This document shows positions 37,088-50,165 of a DNA stretch of 64,000 nt, piece by piece. This DNA comes from Mizuhopecten yessoensis (Eukaryota): positions 439,869-503,868 of the forward strand of contig NW_018408894.1 in NCBI RefSeq assembly GCF_002113885.1, written 5' to 3'. Positions within the stretch are counted from its first letter, which is position 1; each line of letters starts with the position of its first letter. A program made the translations under genes and the position numbers. Below the pieces are notes generated by a model, which was not told the origin of the DNA, ran no database searches, and saw only the letters and a program-made list of their open reading frames with translations.

Positions 37088-38437
37088 ATGAGTATCTCCC
37101 TGTATAGTAATAAAACAAAAGAAGGATGCTTTATTAACAGAAATATCTACATCGCTGAACACTTAGTATCGTTTATATCCTAAAAGAAGACATTCACCCC
37201 GGCATGAGTCGGTGTTCCTCATCAGTTACGATGTAAAAAGACGCACATGACCATCAATCGCGGATGTGACACACGCTGATTACGTACAGAGAGATAAGTA
37301 GATATCCAGATTGCAGTAGGAGACAATATCTGGTGGTGTCCGGTTTGATTGGCGTGACTGTGATTGATTTTATACCTATCGTTGTCTGGGGACTCGGTCA
37401 TCTCGTACCCTGACACGTTCCAGAGAGACGTTTGACAGTTGCCGTCGGATTCCACGGAATAATTGACACACTTTCTCCGTCTGGTTTTATTATATATGTG
37501 CAATTTAGGTACTTTTAGTATAAGCGTGTCCGATTGGAAGATACTGGTCATATGACGGGGCAATAACACTTCATCTCGCCCTCACATGTTCAAGTTTCCC
37601 CAATCATATTTACCTTATTCGGACCCTCTCTAGAAAAAACGGCAAAATTACTTATCTTTCATTGAAACCCCGCAGTCCTTTAAAATAGACTCACAGCGGA
37701 ATCTGTTGTGTATCAAAAAAGGATAGCAAGCAATGTTATCACCACCTATGGCTTGAAGATGGACACAAATAGAACATTATTCTCGCCACATCTCTCTTGA
37801 CATCTGACCAATAAGAACAATGTCCTTGCTACATCTATCAGTCAGAAGACAGGTCATTGGAAAACAGGCCTCCTTGCCACATCTTGCTCAGTGACTGTTT
37901 ATAGTTAATAAGAAAACAACGGCATTGTCGCATCTAGCTTGAGGACGGACCGAAGTAAAGCTACCTTTTTGTGACATACAGGTTACGGACGGATCAGTGG
38001 AACAATGTTAACCTACATTTATCGCCTTGAAAGTGGACCAATGGGGAATAACGTTGGAGTCCGATCCGGCGTGAAGAGATAGACCAATGGAAGTGTAATG
38101 TATCGAAACACCCAACGGCAAGGCGTACTAACGGGGAACACTACTCTTAATCAGAAATAGTCACCATTAAACAGCAATTGGAAACATTTCAGACGATAAC
38201 AAATTCCTTTGATGATAAAATGGTAACATTTTACTTTAATTTGTTTGCAATTATGTATATGTTATGTCCCTTGGAAATCGTCCTAAGGCTATTATTGGTT
38301 GATGCCAAACAACCTATCTGTACTTGTCGTTATGGCCGTAGATGTGCTTTGACGATATCACAACGTACTCTATCTTTTATAAGTACATGTATAAGGACTT
38401 GATAAAATGTCTGTATTTAGGGATATCGAAACTTTTG

Positions 38438-40212
38438 TAATAATAATAATAATAATAATAATAATATACAGCATTTATATAGCGCCCTATATAATTTGTA
38501 AAATTACTCTAAGGCGCTTTACAACATATGGATAATAGTAATGGTAATAATTGTGAAAACAAACAACAAAGGCTTGCAATCACTTTCATACATTTAACAA
38601 GCAATGTGCACATAATTGAACAAATAAAAGGGTGGTATTTACATGACGTCTTTGCAAAGTTTCTAAAATGCAGACGTGAAGAGGTGAGTTTTTATGTCCC
38701 TCTTGAACTTGGCCAGGGTATTCGACTTCCTAATAGCAGATGGTAAGCTATTCCACAACGTAGCCGAAACCCTCCCAAAGCATCTGTTTCCGTAGGTCAC
38801 AGTACGAGATTTTGGGACACACAACAAAGATTCTGACTCCGACCGCAGTGATCTTGACGGCTGATACAGGGTAACAAGTTCCTGTAGGTACTGAGGAGCT
38901 GTTCCATTCAGTGCCTTGTATGTGTATACCAGAATTTTGTACTGCGACCTGTATCGTACAGGTAACCAGTGCAACGAATAAAGCGCAGGTGTGATGTGCT
39001 CTCTCTTTCGAGTACGAGTAACTAGCCGTGCTGCAGTGTTCTGAACCCTCTGCAGACGACTAGTTAGTTTGTCAGATATACCACAGAGCAGGGCGTTACC
39101 ATAATCCAACCGAGAGGTAACAAGTGAATGCACCAAAATCTTGCATGCATCTGCAGTTATAAACTGCCGAATACAGCCGATGTTTCTGATCTGGTAGTAA
39201 CAGGATTTGGCAATAGCATTCACTTGTTTCTCCATGTTCAGAGAACTGTCAAAGTTAACCCCTAGGTTTTGAACAGCTGGAACAGTCTCAATAGTTCTGG
39301 CACCAACCTTGAGCTGTAGAGCCATTATTTGCTGACACTTTGGGGAAAAGACGATTAGTTCCGTCTTTTCCTGATTAAGTTTAAGCATGTTGGCGTTCAT
39401 CCAGATACTGATATCTGTCAGACAAGCTTCCAGACTTTCTGAGACTGTATTCCAAATGTCCTGTGGTTTTATGACCATGTAAATTAATGTGTCATCAGCA
39501 TAGCAATGATAGCGAAGGCTATGGCGACGACAGATCTCTCCAATCGGTTTGGAGTACATACACTATTTTCGTGGTCCTACCACCGACCCTTGAGGAACCC
39601 CGAAATCTAGTACTTTGTCATGTGAGGTGGGAGATCCGATGGCAACACACTGTCGTCGTTCACTCAGGTATGACTGTATCCAGCATAGTGCGGTATAAGT
39701 CACTCAATAAGAGTATTTCAGACGTTTATAAAGTATGCCATGATCGATGACGTCAAATGCAGCTGACAAGTCCAGCATGACAAGCACCGCTCTGCACTTG
39801 TTATCAATTGCAGAAGCTATATCACTATGTACACGTAAGAGGACCGTCTCAGTAGAGTGTCCCATGCGGTAGGCCGATTGCATGTTATCATGGAGACTGT
39901 TTGCATGGAGATGAACCTCTAAACGCCGGGACACAACCTTCTCCAAGATCTTAGACAGAAAAGGCAGATTTGAAACTGGGCGGTAGTTTTTCAACTCCTC
40001 CTTGTCCATTCCAGGCTTTTTTAACAATGGTCTGACATGTGCCTTCTTGAAACATAATGGAACCTTTGACTCAACCAATGATTTATTCATGATTGCGGTA
40101 ATCAAAGGAAGCAGTGCTTCAAGACATTGCTTTAATAGGTGTGTAGGCAGTGGATCAAGCTCACAGGACTTCGATTGCGAGGTCATGATAATGTTGCGCA
40201 ACTCGTCCTGGG
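38438..40212 (-). mobile_element. 5'-truncated L2-type non-LTR retrotransposon (RT pseudogene)
   Basis: ORFs 40201..39704 and 39559..38663 are in one frame, broken by TGA (39704-6) and TAG (39563-5). RT motifs [45 protein letters not shown]. 3' tail TGTAAAGCGCC..GGCGCTATATAAAT stem-loop plus (TTA)n. Confidence 0.92.
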
Positions 40213-40631
40213 TACAAAATTATTACCTATTGACCTCAAACCTTAGTTCATGTTGATGCCGATTTACATGCCTTGGGTATTTCATGTTATAGAATGTGTC
40301 AACACAATTCAGAGGTAACCTCTAACGTACGTTTATTTTCACACGAAAAAGTGTCAAACTTATCAAAGCTTGAAGGACAACACATCCTTACTTAGAAAGA
40401 GAGTCTGGATTCAAAATAATTGCAATTCGGATCTCTGAAATACTGAAGAAAAAAAGCAATGACCTAAATTGGCAATTTTTTAGTGTCGTGAAAATAGCCT
40501 AAATATATCATTCTTGAATAGAAGCACATACAGTGTGCCTTGCGGAACTTTTACCAAAATAATAAAGACGAAGTAAAATAGTAATAATAGTCAACACCAG
40601 TGTTTTGACAGAATATATGGAACATGACCTG

Positions 40632-40696
40632 ACAAGGAATCGAATCCCGGACCTCCGGTCACAGCACGGTCCATCCGCTCTCCCTGACAGAGCTAC
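40632..40696 (-). mobile_element. tRNA-derived SINE head
   Basis: Minus strand GTAGCTCTGTCAGGGAGAGCG...CCGGGATTCGATTCC. Confidence 0.5.
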
Positions 40697-43600
40697 TGTA
40701 TTAGTGGTTGTTCGTTTGAGAAACTACGGAGGAATTCTCTAGTGTTTTGTCTTCAGTTAGACAGGGAGTCTTAGACAAGTTGTTAAGGTACATAGAAATT
40801 AAGATAGATACGACAGCAAAGGTTGAACGTTTAGGTCGAATCGTTGTATCATTTGTCTATACCGTTTATGTGTTGTCTTTGAACAGGCTAGCGTGTTAGG
40901 GAATGTGCCATTATTGTTCATTAAATGGCGACGTTAAACCCATACATAAAAGGCACCTCCCCTGAGATCACATTTGGCTCCCGCAGCGTAAACCGTACCG
41001 GAGCCCTAACAAATACATATCTTTTTTTAATTGCAACTGATTATTTAAGTTCTCAGATATCTGCAGTTAACGACATTTCTTGTTTGGATGATGTGTTTTA
41101 TGTGCCATTAGGACACCATTGTCGCCTTGAAATAGTTTTCATTTAAGCCTATGGGTTAAAATACGATGCCATTTTTTTGTTCAGCGTTACTGAGGATAAG
41201 ACGTCACATTATTGTCAGTAGTAAGGAGAATATTTGTGATCCATGGCGTCAAGGTATTTAACCTAGATCACACAAACAGTCCGAATAATTATCGCCTGCA
41301 CAACTTCAGACATGGTCAACATTTAACAATGTTATTTCAGCGTATGCCAGACTCTAGGTCTGAGATCATCAAACATGTTTAAATAACTATATACAAAAGT
41401 ATTGATCTCATGTTTATGTCGTGTTTTTCTTTCTTTGTCTTTTTAAGAATGATATCCTTGTGTATTGCTGATGTGCGAATCCTTGGGGTACATCAGTGAC
41501 TAAGCTTGTTACCACCCGATGAAGAATATTATATTTAAATATGTTGCAATATGTTGGTGTATTCAATTGTTACCTCTCGTTTATATTATGTTTATGCCTT
41601 GCTTTGTGGTGTATCTGAAGCACTTCCTTGCCATCTGCAGAGGGTCTAGAATATGAACGTGAATGTAAATATAAACGAAATAGTCAATATTGTTTAAAAC
41701 TATTTATTTCTTTATTTTTGTCTACTAATCAGAAAAGAAACAAAATTTAGACGACAATCACCAGTCCAAACGCCTTTTTTTTCATTTTATTTTTTATAAA
41801 TTCCACACAATCATAGACATCAAGAACCGTCTGAGGATGGAATACTTCAGTTACGGTCCTTAACATCAATACTCTCTTTATTAAGTATACGTTCAAGACG
41901 TAATATTTACATTTGCATGGCATTGTCACTATATAGCCTCTTTGAAAGCTGTGTCGTTGATGGGACTTTAATTACCATGCAACACGAGACACAATTCTTA
42001 GCGTATTAATACAACACTGACCGGAACTACAATATCCAATGTAAATAAACATGACGGCTGCTGAAATATTCCTAGGCAGTGTGAGATTTGATAATGTCAT
42101 TGTAAATTTATGTGCAAAATAAAAAGGAAAAACTTTTATTACAACAAAAACAAAGACAAAGGTCTGCAATATCGTACAAAATGCACATCGGTCGAAATAA
42201 CCAATGCCGGCAATGAAAACAATTTTAACACTCATGCAATTTTAATATCAGAGAGATCGTCTGTTACACTGCACTTATCAACAGGGATTCGCTACAAATG
42301 TCTGAAATACACATATTCTATAGACCTACTGACACATATGTTACAGACCAACTGATATGAGTCACAGCACACATCAACATTTCAGACATTTTTTAACGAA
42401 CCCCAGTGCTCCGTCGCAAGATCACTCACTTCAAACGCTATCATTTTCACGCGTCTCGCAGCCACGGTTTCCTCAGTTTCTGACGACATTTCAAATAATG
42501 AGGAAGTTATAGAATCGAGTGTAGTCAGATTCCCATACAATCAACACATAAATTCACGTCTGGATTCCTCACAAAATGAGCAAAGAAAAAGTTCGAATTA
42601 ACTTCCAAAAATAACTCCCTCGTGGAGGGCAAGGTCGGATTTACAGTGTTCACTGTATTTATCCATGCGCGAAATTTGTTCCGGGGGAAAATCGAAACAA
42701 TTTCAAATTTAACTTTCAGCTCAGAGTTCTATTGATAAACTTAAATCTCCCTATATACATATCATACGCAATTGTATTGATACCGAATTGTGGAATAAAA
42801 TTGAAGTGTTTGTTAAAATTTCAAAGTACTGCTTTGTTTGCCAATCAGCACGCGACAACACGCTGTTCCAACTATTGAACGAATTTGTGTGGACTGTCGA
42901 TAAGGCGGGAATTTTAAATTTTAAATATAAATTGTAAGTTAAAAAAGAACATAAGAGGCAGAGAAAACGTAAATATAAGTATGGAACAGCGCGCATTATG
43001 TTGTTTGCTTGCAAAGCTGTGTCATTCAAATAGATCATAAATACCATACAAAAACAGTTCAATGCTTAATTCAAACTTCATCCAATATTCTATGCACCTC
43101 TGTTCTGCAAGAAGGCTTTGAAATAAACTACATGTACCAGATTTTTTGAAATTTTCTGTTTGTTTAAATAACCATTTTATCATTAATGCAAAATTTGGTT
43201 CTCAAATATAACTTGTCTTTATTTTATACTTTATCATTATAATTAGCATACCTGTATACAACATTCCTTTATCACATACCTTTAAACTTGCAAATACTTT
43301 ATCATATTTACTTATCATATCATTTTATCACATGCATTATATTTCAAACATTTATCTTATACCTCACATACATTGTATCATATACATTAATCACATAGAT
43401 ATGCATCACTTATTTAGCCAATACAAACCATCGTTACATCCTCTACAAATGTTTCACTCACATAACCAATGAAAACTGTCGTTACATAAGGGGTGTGGCA
43501 AAAGGTACAATAGTTTTAAATTTAACCAATCATATTTTTGATACGGGGCGCACTAAATTTTGCTGAACCTTAGAGGATTTAACGAAAAGTTTAGAAGAAG

Positions 43601-45984
43601 AAAAAGATTTGATCAATTGTTTGCTATAATATAATAGAAGGGAAGCTTGCAATTAAAAGTAAATAATTTAGTCAGAAGATTGAATCAGTAAAATACTTTA
43701 CTCTTTTATTTTTCTCTTCAGAATCAACACCGACTATCCCTGAAAGCCATATATAGAATGTATGGAGTGGAGTTTAATTAATTAGCCTACCTTTCAGAAT
43801 TTAGACAGACGTAACTTTTATCATGTTCACTGGCAGCAGCAAACAAACCGATCAATTTCCGCTTTGAAAATTGGATTAAGAGACAATTGTTTACTGTTAT
43901 CCAATTTCCAGTTTCACAAGAACTAATAGCTTTTACGTTCATTCAGTAGTATCACTGTCGGTGTGATTATACACAATCAAGCTATACACATATAAATCAT
44001 ACGGTCTATCCCTTTTTGTCCATCATACACATATTATTTACAGAGAATAACACTTGTTGTAACAGGATCCCGGGGAGATTTGAGAACGGCATGAGTGCCA
44101 AGGCGGCCATTATTAAAACTAATATATTTATACATTGGCCCTTTGTTAGCAACAAGATGTATGTATATATGTTACGGGACGTCTTAGGTTGTTGTTCTCG
44201 GAGCGTGTTTGGCTTTATCCATGTCATCTTATCATGTCAGTACTTCTGAAGGACACCGACTCGCCCTGGGTCTAGGAAACTACGATTGAGCGCTTAGTTC
44301 ACATCGATCTCAAGGGAGACGTCAACCATATAGGCTTCAGAAACGACGCTTGTTATGAAGTATGAACTATTATCACATAAATCGGTTGTACTTCACTGGC
44401 TCATGATATACATCATAACACGATTCCCCGGATAAATCCTCGATCAATTGGTTAGCCTTAGCGAATGTAATTCTGCATCACTACTGTAAGAAACGTCATT
44501 CATAAAACTGTTTTTTATTGCACGGGACATATCAAATTCCTTTAAAAATTGTTTGTGGTTCCTTGTACATTTCCTTCATAAATTTACTTCCTTCTGTATT
44601 TCGTGCCACGAACTGTTTGCCAGCTTTCTACCATTAATTTTGCATTACATTACATAAAAGGGATCCTACAATATATCTTAAACAGCAAACAAGCCAGCAA
44701 ATCTATTTCATTTATTTTCAATTTCTGTTAAATAAGATGAAAATATTTGAATTTTATGAATTTTATCTCCTTCAATTTGGTTGTAATTGACTGTGGTTTA
44801 GAGACTAAGGTTTCGAAACTGCTGATAAACTCCGCTTAGGGCCTTTGTCTTTGTCAGTAGATCCTGGCACTGCGTCATCCTGACCCAGACATGACCCTCT
44901 CGACGGTGACCTGTGTTCTTTATCTTTGAGAAGCACCACGATATCCATGTCTATGTGTTCAGAGACAAAGAATTGTACTTCAAAAATACCGCAAAATTAA
45001 TCATTCTCTTTTTATAGTGATAAAGACCCCGAACGAAATTAGCTTCAAACGTATTCTGAATAGGGACTCATCAAGCCTATGATTTATTTAAAGGAACAGT
45101 GATCTGTATAAAGGGTTTTGAGTACGAGGTATGTGTGTGACGGGGTCTAAGGTATTTATTGAGCCAGTATTAATATCACCGTCTATGTACATTAGTACGT
45201 GTATATAGATATCAAACCTACAGACGCCTTAATTACTTCAAATTGTTTTATCACTGATATCTTCCAATACATTGAAAGAAACAAGGTAAATGAATATTTA
45301 TTGATATAAGCGCAATTCCAGTGTTTGATTTCATTTCATCTCTTTAAGAAATTCAATATAAACGATTTGAATATTTCAAATCAAAGATGCAGATTGATAA
45401 ATCATGCTCTATTTGAGCTGTAAACGTCCCCGTGCATCTACTCAACAGCACAATTAAACTCTCAACAACGAAAGGACATAAACTTAAATCTACTGTTATC
45501 ACGTGTACCTCAAGAGCAGTGCTTAATAGTGATAAATATTGACAAATGTACGCCAAGAGAAAAGTTTCCTTTTTTATGTTTATGTGATATATTGCGAGAC
45601 AGGTTTTGAAACACAGATATTTAATGGAAAAAGAGTTTTATATTGATGTGATGGCTTGGATATTTACGTTCATTTAATTTTTATCTTAAAGGATTGCATT
45701 TATTGTGACACATAACTACCACGAGTAATACATTTTCTATTTTATTTGTTTTTCAAAGAATGTACTTTTTATATCAAACAACCTTTTTAATTTTATCGTT
45801 TTAGTAACTGGCGGTGACCGTATGTCAGTTCTAGTTGACCTATTTTGCATTCTGATGAAACCGAATTCACCAAACAGTTTGTTAAGAAAGGCGATTAGAC
45901 ATTAACACGGTCAATTAATTAAATATGTTATGTCCTTGCATAACAATGAATAAGAGAACAACAAAGATTTCATTAATCCATCAG

Positions 45985-48408
45985 ATTCCACAGGCACCTC
46001 CTCGACAGTTTCATATTGTGACATTTCCCACAGTTACCTACAGAACGTTCCTAATGGTCACCTTACCACGGGCACCTCCTCGACTGCTTCATATTGTGAC
46101 ATTTCCCATAGGCACATCCTCGACAGCTTCATATTGTGACATTTCCCACAGTTACCTACAGAACGTAAATAATGGTCACCTTACCACAGGCACCTCCTCG
46201 ATAGCTTCATATTGTGACATTTCCCACAGTTACCTACAGAACGTTACTAATGGTCACCTTACCACAGGCACTTCCTCGACAGCTTCATATTGTGACATTT
46301 CCCACAGTGACCTACAGGACGTTACTAATGGTCACCTTACAACAGGCACCTCCTCGACAGCTTCATATTGTGACATTTCCCACAGTAACCTACAGAACGT
46401 AAATAATGGTCACCTTACCACAGGCACTTCCTCGACAGCTTTATATTGTGACATTTCCCACAGTTACCTACAGAACGTTACTAATGGTCACCTTACCACA
46501 GGCACCTCCTCGACATCTTCATATTGTGACATTTCCCACAGTTACCTACAGAACATTACTAATGGTCACCTTACCACAGGCACTTCCTCGACAGCTTTAT
46601 ATTGTGACATTTCCCACAGTTACCTACAGAACCTAAATAATGGTCACCTTATCACAGGCACCTCCTTGACAGCTTCATATTGTGACATTCCCCACAGTTA
46701 CCTACAGAACGTTACTAATGGTCACCTTATCACAGGCACCTCCTCGACAGCTTTATATTGTGACATTTCCCACAGTTATCTACAGAACGTTACTAATGGT
46801 CACCTTACCACAGGCACTTCCTCGACAGCTTCATATTGTGACATTTCCCACAGGCACCTCCTCGACAGCTTCATATTGTGACATTTCCCACAGTAACCTA
46901 CAGAACGTAAATAATGGTCACCTTACCACAGGCACTTCCTCGACAGCTTTATATTGTGACATTTCCCAAGGTTACCTACAGAACGTTACTAATGGTCACC
47001 TTACCACAGGCACTTCCTCGACAGCTTTATATTGTGACATTTCCCACAGTTATCTACAGAACGTTACTAATGGTCACCTTACCACAGGAACCTCCTCGAC
47101 AGCTTCATATTGTGACATTTCCCACAGTTACCTAGAGAACGTTATTAATGGTCACCTTACCACAGGCACCTCCTCGACAGCTTCATATTGTGACATTTCC
47201 CACAGTTCCCTACAGAACGTTACTAATGGTCACCTTACCACAGGAACCTCCTCGACAGCTTCATATTGTGACATTTCCAACAGTTACCTAGAGAACGTTA
47301 TTAATGGTCACCTTACCACAGGCACTTCCTCGACAGCGTCATATTGTGACATTTCCCACAGGCACCTCCTCGACCGCTTCATATTGTGACATTTCCCACA
47401 GGAACCTCCTCGACAGCTTCATATTGTGACATTTCCCACTGGCACCTCCTCGACAGCTTCATATTGTGACATTTCCAACAGTTACCTAGAGAACGTTATT
47501 AATGGTCACCTTACCACAGGCACCTTCTCGACAGCTTCATATTGTGACATTTCCCACAGTTACCTAGAGAACGTTATTAATGGTCACCTTACCACAGGCA
47601 CCTTCTCGACAGCTTCATATTGTGACATTTCCCACAGTTACCTAGAGAACGTTATTAATGGTCACCTTACCACAAGCACCTCCTCGACAGCTTCATATTG
47701 TGACATTTCCAACAGTTACCTAGAGAACGTTATTAATGGTCACCTTACCACAGGCACTTCCTCGACAGCTTTATATTGTGACATTTCCCACAGTTATCTA
47801 CAGAACGTTACTAATGGTCACCTTACCACAGGCACTTCCTCGACAGCTTTATATTGTGACATTTCCCACAGTTATCTACAGAACGTTACTAATGGTCACC
47901 TTACCACAGGCCCCTCCCCGACAGCTTCATATTGTGACATTTCCCACAGTTACCTAGAGAACGTTATTAATGGTCACCTTACCACAGGCACTTCCTCGAC
48001 AGCTTCATATTGTGAAATTTCCCACAGGCACCTCCTCGACAGCTTCATATCGTGACATTTCCCACAGGCACCTCCTCGACAGCTTTATATTGTGACATTT
48101 CCCACAGTTATCTACAGAACGTTACTAATGGTCACCTTACCACAGGCCCCTCCCCGACAGCTTCATATTGTGACATTTCCCACAGTTCCCACAGTTACCT
48201 ACAGAACGTTACTAATGGGCACCTTACCACAGGCACCTCCTCGACAGCTTCATATTGTGCCCTTTCCCACAGGCACCTCCTCGCCAGCTTCATATTGTGA
48301 CATTTCCCACAGGCACCCCCTTGACAGCTTCATATTGTGACATTTCCCACAGGCACCCCCTTGACAGCTTCATATTGTGACATTTCCCACAGGCACCTCC
48401 TCGACAGC
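45985..48408 (+). repeat. Composite 78-bp/40-bp minisatellite
   Basis: 78-bp unit acaggcacctcctcgacagcttcatattgtgacatttccc-acagttacctacagaacgttactaatggtcaccttacc, interspersed with 40-bp half units. Confidence 0.97.
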
Positions 48409-50165
48409 ACTCAATACCTGCTCTCAAGAGAAGATAACGCTGCAATACGCAAGGCGGAATAACGATATTGTCAACCTCCTATAGTTCAAACTTGACGACT
48501 TTTCTCAGTAGATATCAGCCTTATCAGTTGATTTACTGCTCTGGAGCCTGTTGTTAGTATTATCATATTCTTGATAGATGCATTCGGTTGATCATTAATT
48601 AATTTATCTAGTTTTTTCAAAGTTACAATCAACGAAGAAGAAAAACAATACTGTTGTCATTATATTCCGATTTTTAACTTCTGGATTTCATCATGCACCA
48701 TTGAGCTTTGTTAACCTTGTCGATGTTGACCTACACATTAACCTTGATCTGACGTAAGCAGGGGACATCATGATAGATACAAAACGTGGTGCAACAGACG
48801 ATCGATTTCTCTGACGGTTCCTGATGTCTTTTGTTTTGCTTTGATTGCTTTAATTACTGTTGTTGTCTCTTCGTATTGAATTTGAGGGTCGCTTTTATAC
48901 TAATACGATAAAACTGTGATATTTACCCTATCTTTCTTGGTGCATGAGCTGCTTCTGTATGGCCAGAATAATAAGTTTAAGTGATGTTTTATATCCCGTG
49001 ATGTTATACATTCCTTATTCAGTATAATTTTTGACAGTATTGATGGAGGCGGTGCGTCATTGTTTTGATTGGTTTTTACAGCTAAAGGCATCAACGACAT
49101 GTGTCAATGTATGTACTGTATACATATGTGTATAGTAAGCGGTAGGTTGGTGAATTTGCCTTCTTGTTATAGCGCAAAATGTACGCCGACGTTAGAGCTT
49201 AACTCATTGAAATGCAATGCCAAAGGCACCCAGAACAACAGTCCACTTAGTCACATGATTGCCATTATTGTAGATACTGGACGTTTAGTAGGGAACTCTA
49301 AGTACTTTATTTTAAAGGAAAGCGTTAGATAACAGAAAGTTTGTTAGGATAAAACAACATAATTTAGATCCCAAATGTTGCAATTGGTGGATCCTATTTA
49401 CTTTGGTCCCTTTGTTGTTCACAAAAGCATACCCACATTTCTACAGGGGGCTACCTCATATAGGTTACCTCATATAGCATAAAACATGGGTAACAGCAGA
49501 TGTATTATACCTCATATAGCATAAAACATGCAATGGGTAACAGCAGATGTATTAACATTTATGTTTGAACATTGTGATTATTAATTAGTCTTTCAATTTT
49601 ACATCTTCATAACAGGTCAAGTTAACATTTTACATCATTTCAATTGCAGTTTTGCCGACAAAAATCATGTTTGTTTATGCTGTTTATTTACTAGAGAGGT
49701 TCCGAGGAAAAGGAACTTGGGATCTATGACCGGTGAAGTTCAGGCGCCTGAGGCCAAACAAGGTGTAATATTTACTCATCTTGTGATTATTGTAGTTTTC
49801 TTATCGAAGTTGTGTTATGTTTTAGCTCATAGTTTGGACAAAACGTGCAGTATACTATACAATGAAATAGAGGTGCTATACTCATAATGTTGATTTGACG
49901 TATTAAGATGGCATATTCAAATGAGTTATTACAACATCTGGACAAGTCGATGGCCCATCCATTCCACGAACCAATGACATAAATAGTATGCAATAATAAA
50001 ACAACCCATTAAGAATGAGACAATGGCACATATCTCTAAGATACATACATTACAGTGAACTTTTGATCTTTTGTAGATACATATCCAAACCAATGTACAC
50101 TCATCCTGCAGTTTAATAAAATATCATCACACATTTGTAAGGCTGTTTTATTATCTCAATAAGTA

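Noticed and set aside
42380-45000. Exon-like GC-richer islands (42380-42540, 44044-44158, 44260-44480, 44800-44950; also 49130-49300, 52740-52920, 58400-58511)
   Set aside because: Some have plausible splice sites, but there are stops, no recognisable domain and no phase-consistent chain; cannot be supported without a homology search.
45925-48340. Mucin-like 26-aa repeat ORFs
   Set aside because: The frame is broken by 40-bp units, a second frame is similarly open, and there is no signal peptide.
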